Source: Camelus dromedarius
Taxonomy: Eukaryota
Direction: 5' to 3'
Assembly: GCF_036321535.1 (NCBI RefSeq)
Contig: NC_087437.1
Span: 95,854,001 to 95,918,000, forward strand
Length of the DNA stretch: 64,000 bases
Part shown: one piece after another, positions 37,991-51,865 of the stretch
Layout of the letters: each line of letters begins with the position of its first letter
Position numbering within the stretch: position 1 is the first letter of the stretch
Translations under genes and position numbers: made by a program
Notes under the pieces: generated by a model
What the model saw: only the letters and a program-made list of their open reading frames with translations
What the model was told of the DNA's origin: nothing
Databases searched by the model: none

Positions 37991-39064
37991 CTAACGTGCT
38001 GGTGTGATGGACTTTCCTTGTTAATTGATGTTGTATACATGTCATCGTTGGTCTATGTGATGTGCATGACGTATTTGGCTGGGGGCAGGGATTTTTGACT
38101 ATAACAGTATAAGTCATAATCATTGAGGTTGTTCATTCAGGAATTGAGAGAATCAACAGGGACTCAAGTAACAGAGGCCAGACTGAATGCGGGATATATT
38201 CAAATTAATCTGTAAAAAGTGCATGTTTACATGAGAGTCCCAGATTCTGCAAATGTCCCCAAAGGAGGTTTTGTATGGACTTTTCTGTGGCCCAGAAAGT
38301 CCTAAATCAGTTTTTGTATTAATTTCCTGGCTTGGGATTATAGCACCGTGACACAAATGAAAATTCCGTTTTAATGCTTGTGCTTAAAGAGGTTAGGGTT
38401 TTTGTTTTTATTTTCCATTGGTGACTTTTTTTTCCTGCTTAGGCCTAAGGAAGAAATAAAAGTTTTCCCACTGACTTTTTAGCCTTTTTATTTTTCTCTC
38501 TTTAAATTTGGAACAGCTTTTTGCAGCTTTAGTCTTTATTATGTACAGAAATAATTTTTAGTGATGATTGTCTCCTGGCATCCATTTATGGGTATGAAAG
38601 ACTAAACTTGGGTGGAAAAAAAAAAATCCCAGTAGCTACAAGAGCGAGTTTCTGCTTATTACGCTGGCTTTAACTTTTTCTGCTTTAGTGCTAATACCTA
38701 AGGATTTACCTTTCCTTTCAAGATTCTTTATGCAATTAAACATTTTTAATATGTTTTGTCCATTATTTCAGTGTGTTTGTAAAACAAAGGAGGTTGTTTT
38801 GGCTCAACCCATTATATTTCTATATCTATTTCAATATATTTCTGTATGTTTTTGAAGTATCAATCATTGCTTATAATACTGTTTGGCCAAAAGGAGAGAC
38901 AAATGATATGAGACTGTTTAAGAGAGAGGAACTAACCTAGTGGGTAAGAAATGGCTGTGGGGAGGTGAATGTGGTTGGTGTATTGAGGGTGGATTATAAA
39001 TGATGTTAGAGCCTAAGGAGCTAGGTGTGGTCCAGCAGATAGAAGGGCATGTTAAGGACTGTCT

Positions 39065-39338
39065 AAATTGGGAGTTCAAGATTTGCAGATACTGACAGAT
39101 ACATATAAAATACATAAACAAATTTATACTGTATAACACAGGGAACTATATTCGATATCCTGTAGTAGCCTACGGTGAAAAAGAATATGAAAACGAATCT
39201 ATGTTTATTCATGTATGACTGAAACATTGTGCTGTACAACAGAAACTGACACAACGTTGTAAACTGACTATACTTCAATAAAAAAGGTAAAAAATAAAAA
39301 TAAATAAATAAATAAAAGTTGAAAAAAAGAAAAAAAAA
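39065..39338 (+). mobile_element. 5'-truncated lineage L1 (3'UTR + polyA)
   Basis: gggagttcaagatttgcagatact...cacagggaactatattc...gtaaactgactatacttcaataaaaaa plus A tail; TSD ending ctgtct on both sides. Confidence 0.9.
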
Positions 39339-39619
39339 CAGAGCTGTCTTTACCCTAAGAGTAATGGGATGGCAGTAAATAAGGGAGAAAAGCAATCTTG
39401 CTTTTTAAATTGTAATTCAGTCTTCAGTGTTAATTAAGGGTCGGCCAGAGTAGATGAATGTGGGAAGCCGGTTAGGAGACCATTAAATAGCTGATAATTG
39501 ATCAAACAGGGAGTCAAGAAGAAAGTACAAGAATTGTTTCTTATTGCTGGCTGCATTCACAGCCAGTTGTAGCAGCTGTAATAGTGACTGAGCATCGGCT
39601 GTCATCTACGTTACTACAA

Positions 39620-40340
39620 TTACTACACTGTCCACATGGCTGCTGCCATTACTATCTGACTACAGCCCTCACACTGGACTTCCTGACTCCAGCCTCGTCT
39701 GCCTGAAGACGATCTACGATGCTGCAGCCAGAGTGATTGCTCTAAAATGTGAAATGGATCATAACACTCTCTGACTGCAAACTTTTCCATGGCTTCCCAC
39801 TGATCTCAGAAGGCTAAACTCTTGAGGTGTACCAGATGTACAAAAGCCCTTTGCATCTGACTTTTTTTTTTTGTCTTCATATTAAATTCTGTTCACTCGG
39901 ATTCAACTCTGAGATCCAACCAGAGTGAAGAATTTCAGTCCCCTAAACAAGCTGCATTGTCTTTTCCCTCTGGAACTTGAGACGTGACCTTCACTCTGCC
40001 TCCAGACACCTCTGATGGCATACCCCTTTGTCTGCCCTGACCCCCATCGCACATGAAAACACATTTTACCTGGCTGATGGTTGTTAACTTTCAGATCACA
40101 GGTTCTACATCACTCGTCAAATCTTCTAGCAAGATTTACTAGGTCCAAGGGTGAGGGTCTCCTGTCATTACAATTATCATTATTTAATTTTAATTACCTA
40201 CTTACTCTTGGAAACTGCCTCTAGATTCTCTATGAGAAGGAATATTACTTTCTTGTTCTCAATTGTATTCCCAGAGCCAAGCACAATGTGTACTTGAAAA
40301 ATACTTGTTGAACTAATGAAGAAATGAATGACTGAATGTT
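39620..40340 (+). mobile_element. L2 LINE 3' fragment
   Basis: gctgcagccagagtgattgctctaaaatgtgaaatggatca...cccagagccaagcacaatg...aaatacttgttgaactaatgaa. Confidence 0.8.
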
Positions 40341-41949
40341 TGACTAAATGAATAGATACAGGTATTTTATGGTATCTCCCCCACCACAGTATTCAGTTAA
40401 AATTTTGTCAGTTAGGAACGATATAATCAAAACAAATGATTTATTCACAGTTCTCAAAGAAGCACCTCATAATTGGTGGCTGAAATAGGTGTGAGTTCTT
40501 ACCTGCTTTATTTTATTTTCCTCTAAGGAAACTAAGGAGGGAAAAAAAAGGTATTTTTAACCATGGGTCAATATATAATCCCCAAAAACTATGAAAAAAA
40601 GAGAGAGATGCCCTAGACCCTGGTTTATGTTTTTATTATTTAGTTTCATGTCTTGAGATAAATATATTTAAGCTTTCTGCCTTATACAACTTTGGCTCTA
40701 GGATCTGTTTTTATGAGACTGTTGGTTCTGTCTTGGACGTACTCATCTCCTCTTGGGAAATTTGGGTGAAATTTAGGGATTATTCAGTCTGAGCATTTGA
40801 TCCTACTTGCTGCCTATTTCAGCATTCTTGCCAGCATCTTGTGTCCTAAATCTTGTGACGTGATTCAGCGATGATAGATTCTATTGGTACTTGATATTGA
40901 CGTTGTTCTCTGGTGACTTTAGAAACCGCCGATGCCTTTTGGAATACCTGAAAATGAATCTAATAGCTTGTCAAAGGAACCTGACCAGACCTTGAGGCCC
41001 GACTGAGGTATAATTAGAGCAAAATAAATGGATCAGCCCTAATTATCTGAATAGTTCAATGTTCCCTGCCCATTATTCATATCCTATTGTTTCTGTCTAT
41101 TTCAGCATCAGTCTTATGTTTCTTCTGTCAATCTATTACATCTTTAAAAACTGCAGATTTTATAACTCTTTGCCTTTTAGCTTTCCCTCCTTAAAAATAT
41201 GTGTCTTATTTCTAATCTTCATATCATAAAATTTCTTCCTTTACTCATTCGTTACTATAAGGCTGTTTATTAATTTTGTGAATGACAAAATGATGGCTTG
41301 TTTTTATTTATGTCTACATAACAGAACAATTTATTTTGAAATCTTTAGAAGTAAAATGTGGTTCCAAAGTATTTAGTAAACAAAAATATTTGAAGGTTTC
41401 ACTGTAATAGAAAGCAGAGGGAGCATTTAAATAATATGAGTAAGCTTTCTCATTAAATATGACATCATTCTGAATTAATTTCTTGATTTATTTTGATTTA
41501 TACAAATTGTCCAAACATGAAATGTTTGTAGAGTTCAAGAAAGATATGAATAAATTCTGAATAATTCTTTATGTAAAGCTGCACCTTCAAAGAGAGTACT
41601 AATTATTCATTAATGTGGATATGTTTTGATAGACTTCTTATAAACTTGAAGTCATTCTTAATAGGAAAATCTATATTTTCTTCTATATGAAAAAAATACT
41701 GTCAACATTGTAATGTTAATGGAAGCATCATATCAATATGAGGACATTTCTGATGCAGATTAAGTGCTGTAAATATGGTAGCTAATTTTTATGCTTCACA
41801 ATCATTTACAGTAACAATTCATTATAAAATTGTATGTTGTGATTACATTAAGCCCTTTTGTTAATTAGTTGAATCTGTATCTTTTTATTTCAGAAAATAT
41901 AAATATATTTTTAATATTTTAATTGAAAATAGAAGTTATAAGTGTCTCT

Positions 41950-43110
41950 TACAGAAAATCTCAATCTGTTTAAGGAAGAAGAAGTGGTTCATTTGTTCTC
42001 CTGCTACTCAGTGATTATTACTTTTAACATAGTGACATATTTCTCTTCTATTACTTTTTACATTTGACATAATTAGTATTTACTCTTTTCAAAAAAATTC
42101 CAACTGTTTTTGCATCTTTTCAGCCGATGAACTTTAGAATCAGTGTTTCACTTTCCTGCAAGGATTTTAATTGGGAAGGCATTTAACTTAAAAGCTAATT
42201 TGAGAAAAAGTGATATCCTTACACTTGATTCTTCCCTTTCCAGGACATGATATATCTTTCTAATTTTTTTCAATCCTTTTTAGGCCTATGTGTTAACAGT
42301 AATAATTACTTTTTAAAATGTAGACCTTAAACATGTCCTCTTATAGAAAAAAATTTTTTTCTAGTTTTATTACCGTTAGGAATGCACCACCCTCCTACCC
42401 CACACACATTTCCTGAATTGATCAATTGATTTTTTTGGTTGTATTTGTGTTAAGTGTTTGTATCTAGTCACCAAGCTCTACTTCCTAATTCATCTTGTTT
42501 TTGTTTTTGTTTTGTTTTTATTCATTTGATTGGTCTCAAAATCATATGACCTCAAAATCATACTACAGGAAGATATGCTCACAGGAAATCTTATCTCAAT
42601 GTTTAAAAATTTTAGAACTCATTTATTTTTCTTAAATTATTGATTTAAGTGGTGGTGGTAAAAGACAGTGTCAAAAAGTAGAAGTGATAGCAGACATCCT
42701 TGTTTTATAAACTTCCAAATATTAAAATTAGAAACTATTAGAAAATTAGAAACTATTAAAAGATTTTAAATATCTGTAACTTGCTGTAGATATCTTTATC
42801 ATATTAAGAAAAATTTCTTTTATTTGTATCTCATTATGATAATTTTCTATTCAGGAATGGGCCTTGAACAAATACTTAAAAATTTAGTATGTTGGAAGAT
42901 AATCGTGTGTTCATTTCTCCCTTACTCATTTAATCCAAAGAATTTATATATACATATATATATTTATATATATACATATATATAAGTATATATATATATA
43001 CACACACACATATATTTAAATGCTGAACCTTTCTTATATTCTTGAATAAATCTATTGGTCACAATGTACTATTTCTCTATTATACTATTGGATTTGATCT
43101 ACAAATTAGT
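41950..43110 (-). mobile_element. Ancient L1ME fragments with embedded (TA)n(CA)n at 42946-43014
   Basis: gatgaactttagaatcag...gaagtgatagcagacatccttg...tgctgaacctttcttatattcttgaataaatc. Confidence 0.65.
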
Positions 43111-43369
43111 TAAAATACTTTAGGTGAAAATATTAACAAATTCAAATTTAAATTGATTCAGTCAAGAAGGGGAATGTATTAGCTTACAAAACAAGAAGTC
43201 CAGATAGGACTTGTCAAGGATTGGGTGAGTTAAGAGCATAATAATTTTAAAAACTCAGATTATTTTTATCTCCCTGCTGTGCTGTCTTCAGTGTAGTTAC
43301 AGATACCATAGCCAATTTCTATTCTATTTCATAAATGAACTAGAATGTATTTAATCATTATCTTTGTAC

Positions 43370-43850
43370 TGTCAATGAAAAAATTAATCAGTCGATCTAA
43401 AAAATAAGTGGAAAATTGTATTTGAGCCAAATTGAGGATTATAACCTGGAAACAGCCTCTGAGATAGCTCTGAGAACTTTTCCACCCATTTAAAGTCAGA
43501 GTACAGTTATATAAGTTTTTGAGACAGAGGGCTGTACATTAACTGACATTATTACTGATAGTTTACATAATCCAGGTCTAAGTGTACAAAGCAAGTAGTG
43601 TCTCATGGGTCATCATGGCCGCTTATGAGATTAGGAAGGATTGTTATCTTTTAAGGAGTTGTCTTCTTGGTGCTGGAAGAATGTTGCTCTTTATAGTTGA
43701 GCAGGTATTTCTGCTGATGGGGAGGCTTGGTGGATGCAAAATGCAGGCACGCAATGCCCGGTAGCAGGGAGAAAGGAGGCCAAAGGGCAGAGAAAATTTT
43801 TGTTTAAATTTTCCTTGACTTGCCTTAGAATACGAGTTTTTATTTCATCG
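43370..43850 (-). mobile_element. ERV1-class solo LTR, same family as 7610-8073
   Basis: Reverse complement aligns by eye along its length with 7610-8073 (e.g. taaagagcaacattct, agacaactccttaaa, cagccctctgtctcaaaaactta); flanks gtac/gtat. Confidence 0.88.
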
Positions 43851-44989
43851 GTATTATACATTTAGATTGTTCAAATAATTTATACTTATGATTGACATTG
43901 AGAAAAATGTAGATTGATCTTCTCTATAGTGTATCTATTTTTCTTAAAGTGTTAATTCAGAGAAGAGTGAAAGTACAGAATCAAAGGATAAGGGCAATTA
44001 AAGGTCTAGCGTAGAAACAGTCACCCTCTCAGAGTTGCTCTGTGGGAGAATGCGTGTCCTGCTGTCTGCTCTCTCATCGCCACCACCAGCACTGAGTGTT
44101 ATTAAAAACACAGCAAAACCTGTGGTTATAAGAATATGTGTATGTGGATGCTAATTAGGTAATTTCCACTAGTTTGCCAGCATACTTTTATCCCAGAGAA
44201 CTTACAGTGCCTAATTTTATCCCATAATACTTATTATAGTGGTTCAGAAATTCCATCTGTTTTCATTATTTCAGGATAACAATGTTTAGTCAACAAGGGG
44301 GATTGCACTAATTTTTTGGTGATTCACATTCTTAGAATTCAAGTCCCTTTTCATTCTTTTGTTGTAACAATGAAAAGAAAATTAATATAAAAGTAAAAGT
44401 GTATGTAGCCCTTCCCACCTTCTAGACAATGATGGGGAGTTTCATGTGTAACAGCCTGAATAAGAAAGGGTGCAGTAAAAGTGCCATAGGCTAGAGGAAG
44501 GGGAAGAGAGCTCAGGGAGTTTGAAGACAGAGACAAAAGAGTGGAAAAATACATAACAGCTGCAGAACCTAAGAGGTATTTCCAGGGATTATGATTCCTT
44601 CATGGTAGTTTCACAAGTGTAAGTAAAGGATTTGACGTGTGTAGAAGTTAGTTTTGATTGCATGGATTATGTTTTATGGTCCACAGCACCTCTATGAGAC
44701 TGCACCACATTATGTTTTAAGCTTCCCATACACATTTTGATTGTGCCCAGCACGGCCGTTATTAAATCCAAGATAACAAGTCCATTTTTGCCAGCATCTT
44801 AATATTTACTCTTCACCACTTGGTTCTTCCTCATTTCTTATCTATAGTAGGTGTGCTTCCTTCAAATTCCCCATCAGGCAGGACAGTGAAGCATCTGTGG
44901 AGCACCAGCCACGTGCGAGCCCCCGTGCTGGTGCTGTGATGAGGGGATAGGAGGAATGCGCTAAAGCACACTCCGTGGCGACAGGCCAT

Positions 44990-45514
44990 GGTTGTGGGAA
45001 TGAAGGCTATTTGCCCAGCTTGAATCTATTCCCCACTTTCTCCTTCCTAATCAACTCTCGATTTGTTCAGATGTTGATGACAAACTATTCATCCCATTTC
45101 CTTTTTGGAGAAACCAGATCTATCCTTAGTTCCAGTGGTGATTCATGACTTTTTTTAAAATCGACAAGTACATGCGATTCTCCTGGTTATTGAAATCCTA
45201 GCTCTTCCGACTTAGGGAAAGGACCCGATTCCCTGGGAGAGGGGGAGATTCCTTTCCTTCGGATGTTGTTTAAGGAAGCGTATTTCCATCTGTTGCTGAG
45301 AACCTTTATATGATCCCAAAGGTAACCAGCCTTAGGATAAGCCAACAAGGTAAACAGTGGAGCAAAGGGATGGAAAGAACTGAGTCCCTAATGACATCAT
45401 TAAGCTACTGAATCAACAATCCATGACATCGTTCTTCCTCTTGCCTTCCGGTTATGAGACCTAACATTTTTCATTGGAGTTTCTGTTAACAATTGAAAGC
45501 ATTCCAATTGACAT
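44990..45514 (+). mobile_element. MaLR LTR (MLT1J-like)
   Basis: gatggaaagaactgagtccctaatgacatcattaagctactgaatcaac...gaaagcattccaattgacata. Confidence 0.75.
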
Positions 45515-48500
45515 AACAGTTAATTAATAAGGAAGTTTTGATAATTATTACAGTATTTTCACCTGAAAGCCTTTATTTACTGCTATGTACTTTCTGGTGT
45601 GCATTATTTTTAGTGTGCAGGATAATGTTAGTTTTTTTACCAAGCATGCTTGTGTTTGTATTAGTAACGGATACTTTTTTGCAAAGCTACCAACATCTCC
45701 CTCTCGTCTCCTTTTCCTCTACTTAAATGTTATGGTTTGAAAGTAAAATAAAACCTAAATGTTTATGTGAGGAGATTTGAAAAACTATACTCTTTTCCAT
45801 CTCAATGAAGCTTGACTATAATATTGGCTCTTGATAAAAAAGAAACACTGTAATATTATGCAATGTATTAGTGGATTTTTAATAGTTGATTAATTTGTTG
45901 GAAAATTAATTTGGTGGAAAATTTTATTTTAATGTGTGTGTAACTGGTTTGAATTTATAAGACCTAAAGGTTCAAGAGGACATGTTTGTATTTTTAATTA
46001 CTGTTAGTAGCATAATAATCAGTGATTAAAAATTATCAGACTTCTCAAAATCCCTTACTGTTAATTTTTGCTATAAAATATGAAAGAAGAGAAGTCTGAT
46101 AGGTCAACTTGATTAAGTTACCAATAAGGAAAGACCGAGTAAATGTTTTCTACTTTACAAAATAAAATTCAAGATTATGAAATGTCTTGGCCTGAACATT
46201 TTATTTTGAAAAATGTAAAGCATTCTTTGCTCAGTTGTTCTTTCTATGCAGTAGAAAAATCATGCAGAGAGCCAAAAAAACCCTTCGAATATGTAAAAAT
46301 GAACATAGGACATGTACTTTCCTTTTCATGACCTTGTGTTTCCACCCAGGAAATATTCACCTTGATGCTTCAAAGGTAGAAATTTGCATTCAGGAATGAA
46401 GGCAAAGGCGCCAGAGGCAAGACAGGACTCTATATTAGAGCAGGGATTATGTTTAGAGAGCAAGTACCTGTTAAGGTTATCTGACAATAAACTTGGAATT
46501 TAGATGAGCAACCTCTAAATCTTATTCTTTGCTAGAACATGGGAAATACACAAATAGTGAAGAGGCTAGTTTTACAGGCTCAAAGGGCCATCTGGAGGGA
46601 AAACAGAAGACAATAATACGCAGATTCATGTGACAAACAAAAACTGTATTTCTGGATTGCAGTACAGTGAGCAATCAAAGATGATTCTGTGGTATCTAGT
46701 CTGAGTGATGGGCTAAATCATCAGAGCATCATCTGATAAAAGTAAATCAGTCAATAGATTTTTTTAAGTAGGAAGGAGGATATTATTTGTTGGTTTTTCA
46801 ACATCCTCGTGAAAACCATTATTTCATATATTTTGTACATTTGTGTGTGAGTGGGTGGGTAGTTTCAGGTGGAAGAGTGGGGCCCATGCCTTACCTCTTG
46901 TGTTTACTAGAGTATGCCCGGTGCCTAGGACAGTGTGTGGGACAGAGTAAATACTCCATATGCTTGGATGGGTGAATAAATAAAATGTCAAAGTACTATA
47001 TGTGATGATGTCAGATCTTTTTCTGCTTTAACACCTATTATGGATACATTCAGGATATGTGTTTACATTGTCATTCAAAAAGTATGTTCAGGAAAGTAAA
47101 ACACTAATAATGTATGATCTCAGCAATCGTTAATAACACAGTGCCTTGACAAAGATATGAGAGTCTTTCAATTATGTATAAATATCCAGTGCTCCTTGTA
47201 ACCCTATTTTATTCAATTCAAATGTATAGGATTTATAAAAAGAACTTCACATTTATTCAATTTTACTTAAAAATAATTTGCAAGTTGATTATTAGTAGAC
47301 ATGATTTTCTGTATACTTCACAATTTCAAAATGTTGCTGCTGATTTGCATAAGATGTATACCAGTGCAGCCTAGTTTTCCTTTCTCAAATATGAGCTCAA
47401 GACTCATGAATTGCATTTGAATCAGTGGGATTCATGATTTTATTTTAGTGCCTGACAATGACTTGGTTTAAATAGTCTTTACCTCAAGAGTTGATGGTGC
47501 TCAAATTACAATCCAAATGTTTTGACCTTACCATCACTGCAAACATGTATGAAATGTAAGGAAAATTTAGCCCTCAATTTTCTGATTCATTTACTCATCA
47601 AACTATCTTATTAAAGCCACTTCATATTCAGGAAACTTGCTAGCAAATTATTTCCAGCTTATTTCATAGTCGCAGGAAGTTGACACTTATTAACCCAAGC
47701 TAAATCCCTGTAGATTCTCCTCTGTGTATAATTCAGAGCTCACACAGATTTTACGTTGCTACAATTGATAGGGTGGTGGAACTCCAAATCCTCCCCAAAA
47801 CATTTATTGTAAGTAAGTCAAACCAAATTTCTATCAGCTATTCAGTTCCAATCCCCCACCCCCTCCACATGTTCAAAGGAATAAATTTCAATCTCTTGCT
47901 GTTTCTGGAACTGGGTTTCCTAATGTTTATCTAAATCTTACCACTATATATGGTTTCTTTAAAATCTTGTATGTTTTATATTTCTTATTCTTTTGTTATT
48001 GGTGATGTTTCCTCTTTTCCTTACAAAACAGTATAACTCTCTTCTTTTAATCTATTCTTTTTTCTTAAAAAAGAGACTCTAGGCCTTGATTTGTCCATTG
48101 TAAATAAAAATCATAACAATTGCAGTGAGACCAAGGAAAAGGGCAACTGTACACACAAAGGAATTTGATTTAACTAGTTCTGGGGTAAAAAAAAGTAAAG
48201 GTCACTTGACAACATGTTGAATCCAGATTGAAAATGAATGAATTAGAATGAAAGACATAGTCTGGGTCTTTGGACTAAGGTGACCTGGAAGGGAGAAGAG
48301 GTATAAATTTATGTACAAAGATGTGAAAACATAATTTTATGAAGTGGAAATCTGTCAGGATTTTTATGTAAAATTCTGTAAAAAATACAAGGACAAGGAT
48401 GAACTGAGACCACCACAGTTGGCTGTTAATTTACCTGGGTCTTATGGGGAAGTGGAGCTGTGGTTTGCCTGAAATCACTTGTAAATAGACTAGCTGAGCT

Positions 48501-48545
48501 CTAGGCATATACTGGCAGACCAGTAGTGTTATAAACTGCCAGCAA

Positions 48546-48627
48546 CAGACTGAACTGTTACGCTGTACACCAGAAATTGACACGTCATTGTAAACTAACT
48601 ATACTTCAATTAAAAAAATTATTTTAA
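48546..48627 (+). mobile_element. Extremely 5'-truncated L1 (82 bp)
   Basis: gctgtacaccagaaattgacac...gtaaactaactatacttcaattaaaaaa; TSD ataaactgccagcaa/ataaaatgccagtga. Confidence 0.85.
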
Positions 48628-48980
48628 ATAAAATGCCAGTGATAAAAATAGAACATGCTTTCTTGAAATATTTTGGAGACATGGCCATCTTAAACGAAAG
48701 CTAGAAAGTGAAATGTTGAATAACAGCAGTTCTGGTGTGTTTTGTGATGTTGGAGAAATCTTGGTTTTGATCAAATGCCAGAGGGCACACTCCAGGTTTT
48801 GGAATATGGGGGACGTCCATAGAGGCTGAGAGCCTGAGCTTCCTTTACTAGTGTATGTAGGATGATGGGCTTTGTTTTGCTCCATGTATCAAATTCTCAG
48901 GTTGGCTCTTGCCCTCCTTTTACTGAGGTATAATTACATGTGATAAATGTACAGATCTTAAAAGTACAATTTGAGGTTTT

Positions 48981-49930
48981 TAAAAATTATAATTCTTATT
49001 TTTTATTGAAGTGTAGTCGATTTTCAATGTTAGTTTCAGGTGTACAGCAAAGTGATTCAGTTATACATGTACATACTTACATATATATTTTTTCAGTTTC
49101 TTTTCCATTACACCCCATTATTAGAAATTGAATATTGTTCCCTGTGCTATACAGTAGGTCCTTTTTGTTTATTTTATACATAGTAATGTGTATCTGTTAA
49201 TCTCAAATTCCTGATCTGTCCCTCCCTCTCCCTTTCTGCCCTGATAACCACAGTTTGTTTTCTATGTCCATGAGTCTATTTTTGGTTTGTAAATAAAATT
49301 TATGTATTTCTTTTAGACTGTACATATAAGTGACAATTTATGATATTTGTCTTTTTCCATCTGACTTACTTCCTGAATGTGGTAATTTCTAGGTCCAAGC
49401 ATGTTGCTGCAAATGGCATTATTTCATTTTTTATGACTGAATAATATTCCATTGTGTGTTGGGGGTGTGTGTGTATGTATGTGTATGCACACATATACAT
49501 ATACCACATCTTCTTTATCCATTTATCTGTCAATGGACATTTAAGTTGTTTCTATGTCTTGACTATTGTAAATAATGCTGCTGTGAACATTGGGGTGCAT
49601 ATGTCTTTTCAAATTAGAGTTTTCTCCAGATATATGCCCAGTAGTGGGATTGCTGGATTGTATGGTAACTCTATTTTTACTTTTTTAAGGGACCTACATA
49701 CTGGTCTCCATAGTGGCTGCACAATTTTACATTCCCACCAACAGTGTAGGAGAGTTCCTTTTTCTCCACACCCTCTCCAGTATTTATTATTTTTAGACAT
49801 TTTAATGATGGCCATTCTGACTGGTGTGAGGTGATACCTCATGGTAGTCTTGATTTGCATTTCTCTGATAATTAGCAAAACTGAGCATCTTTCCATATGC
49901 CTGTGGACCATCTGGATGTCTTCTTTAGAG
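48981..49930 (-). mobile_element. 5'-truncated L1 (ORF2 end + 3'UTR), cetartiodactyl type
   Basis: ORF2p C-terminal peptide plus 3'UTR (gtttcaggtgtacagcaaagtgattcag); TSD caatttgaggttt/cagtttgagttt. Confidence 0.92.
49609..49911 (-). pseudogene. L1 ORF2p C-terminal cysteine-rich domain remnant
   Basis: [23 protein letters not shown]...[21 protein letters not shown]...[15 protein letters not shown]; premature stop, first Cys of CWRGC changed to Y. Confidence 0.95.
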
Positions 49931-50221
49931 CAGTTTGAGTTTGACAGATGAATATTCCCTGGTAATCAACACCCTCATCAAAATATAGAACATTTCTATC
50001 ATTCTAGAATGTTCTCTCAAGCTCACTTCCTATAAATCCCCTTCTCTGCTCCCTCATTCAAACTTAATTGCTGTTCTGATTTCTGTGTCTAATAGTGACC
50101 TAATTTGCCTTTTCCTGAACTTCATATAAATGGAATTATACAGTATGCTCTTGTGATGTCTTTCTTTTTCTGCTCAGCATAATTGCATGAGATTCATCCA
50201 GGTATACCAAAATGGTTCAGT

Positions 50222-50257
<36 letters not shown>

Positions 50258-50414
50258 AGAGGCATTCCATTATATGACTCTACCATAATTAGAATATGCA
50301 TTCTCCTCCTTATGGGCATTGGGTTATTTCCAGTTTATTGTCACTGATATGAATATTTATGTGCATATTTTCTTTGAGAATTCTTACCTTTTAAGATTAA
50401 AAAAAAATCCCCTT

Positions 50415-50871
50415 TGTAGTAGGTTGAACAACAGTCATACAAAGATATCAAGTCCTAATCACTGGAACTTGCCAATGTTTCATTGTTTGGAAAAAGGGTC
50501 TTTGCAAATGTAATTATATTAAAAATTTTGTGATGAGGAAATTCCTCTGGATTATCCTAGTAGGGCTTAAGTAAGGTCACCTTAAAAGAGAAAAACAAAG
50601 TGAATACAATTAGCAGGGGATGCAGAGGGGTGCAGAGAAGAGGAGGAGGCAATACATGTCCACAGAGGCAGAGATTGTAGTGGCCACAGCCAAGGAATGC
50701 CTGGAGCCACCAGCAGCTGGGAGGTAAATAATATATTCTGCCTTAGAGCCCCGTGAGGGGGTGTAGCCCTGTTAGATTTACAAATTCTAGCCTCCGGAAC
50801 TATATATTTCTGTTATTTTAAGACACCAAGTTGGTGGTGATTTGTTATAGCAGCAATGGGAAACTAATACA
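50415..50871 (+). mobile_element. MaLR solo LTR (MLT1C-like), full length
   Basis: tgtagtaggttgaa...tttgttatagcagcaatgggaaactaataca with perfect 5-bp TSD ccctt/ccctt. Confidence 0.92.
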
Positions 50872-51514
50872 CCCTTCCAGATCCTTTTGGCATTGCTGGC
50901 TTTTGACTTGAAATTGGGGATATTTGGGGGGAAAGGAACTATGCCTCTTTATACCCATTCTCAACTTCAGTTTTTGAATTTCATTCCTGGACTATGAAAA
51001 TTAATTATATTGACACTAAACATATTTAGAAAAGCTTGAGTTTCCACATTGCTTGTTTTATAAGGGGGAGAAAATACCTTGTCACAGTGCAATATTTTTC
51101 TTTAAACCACAGGCAGAATTAGATCATACCAAGATCTAGACAGAAAATGCTAGGTTAAAGAAAATACTACAACACTGAGGTAAAAAGGAAATTCTTGGCA
51201 GAGACTCTTTCTCTCAGTGATCTGACATCCATGTTTGTCTACAACACACACCATTTTACTTAATCAACTACCACCTTCTGACTTCTCACCAAAATACTTC
51301 TATTAGGTTTACTGGGAGACTCTGGAGGGTGGCCACAGGAATTCAGTTTTATCACTAAACTCAATTCAACAATCCATAAATAAGCACATAGCTTCTAGTA
51401 TATGTGTGTAACAAAAAAGGTTGGGGTACAGATCAGAGAGATCCAGTACCTCATCTCAAGTTGTTACAACTCAATAGTAAAATACATTTGAGTTATATAA
51501 ACATTGCAGCTAGA

Positions 51515-51718
51515 GATAACATATATGGACCACTATATATAAAACAGATAACAAGGACCTACTGCATAGTGCAGGGAACTATATTCAGTATCTTTTAATA
51601 AACTGTAATGGAAAAGAATCTGAAAAATAAAAAATACGTATGTATAATTGAATTACTTTGCTATACACCTTAAACTAACAATGCATTGTAAATCAACTAT
51701 ACTTTAATAAAGTTTTTT
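51515..51718 (+). mobile_element. 5'-truncated L1 3'UTR
   Basis: aacaaggacctactgcatagtgcagggaactatattca...gtaaatcaactatactttaataaa; TSD aaacattgcagctaga/aaatgttacagctaga. Confidence 0.88.
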
Positions 51719-51865
51719 AAAATGTTACAGCTAGAAATGTATATCAAATAACATTTTTAAAGATGAAGAAAAAAACCCTGCATCAAACATTAACTGTAAT
51801 AAAAGTGCTTTTTAAAATCCATGTAAGTATTTCTATTGTGGTTCAGATTTAGGGAAAAAATGCTA

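Larger units (their letters stand above)
48920..50385 (-). mobile_element. Old L1MB-type 3' end split by a younger L1; contains a T30 run at 50224-50253
   Basis: tttactgaggtataattac...aagtacaatttgag | ttgacagatg...tcaaaatatagaacatttc...gaacttcatataaatggaattatacagtatg. Confidence 0.75.

Noticed and set aside
42535..42760. Short tandem duplications here and at about 6640, 17493, 54465 and 58620
   Set aside because: Two-copy 12-25 bp slippage products with no array or spacer structure; not CRISPR-like.
7610..43850. Possible 35-kb inversion between the two inverted same-family LTRs
   Set aside because: Swapping the flanks does not improve the TSD matches (atac/gtat, gtac/gtat), and the L2 hosting the first LTR continues collinearly on both sides.
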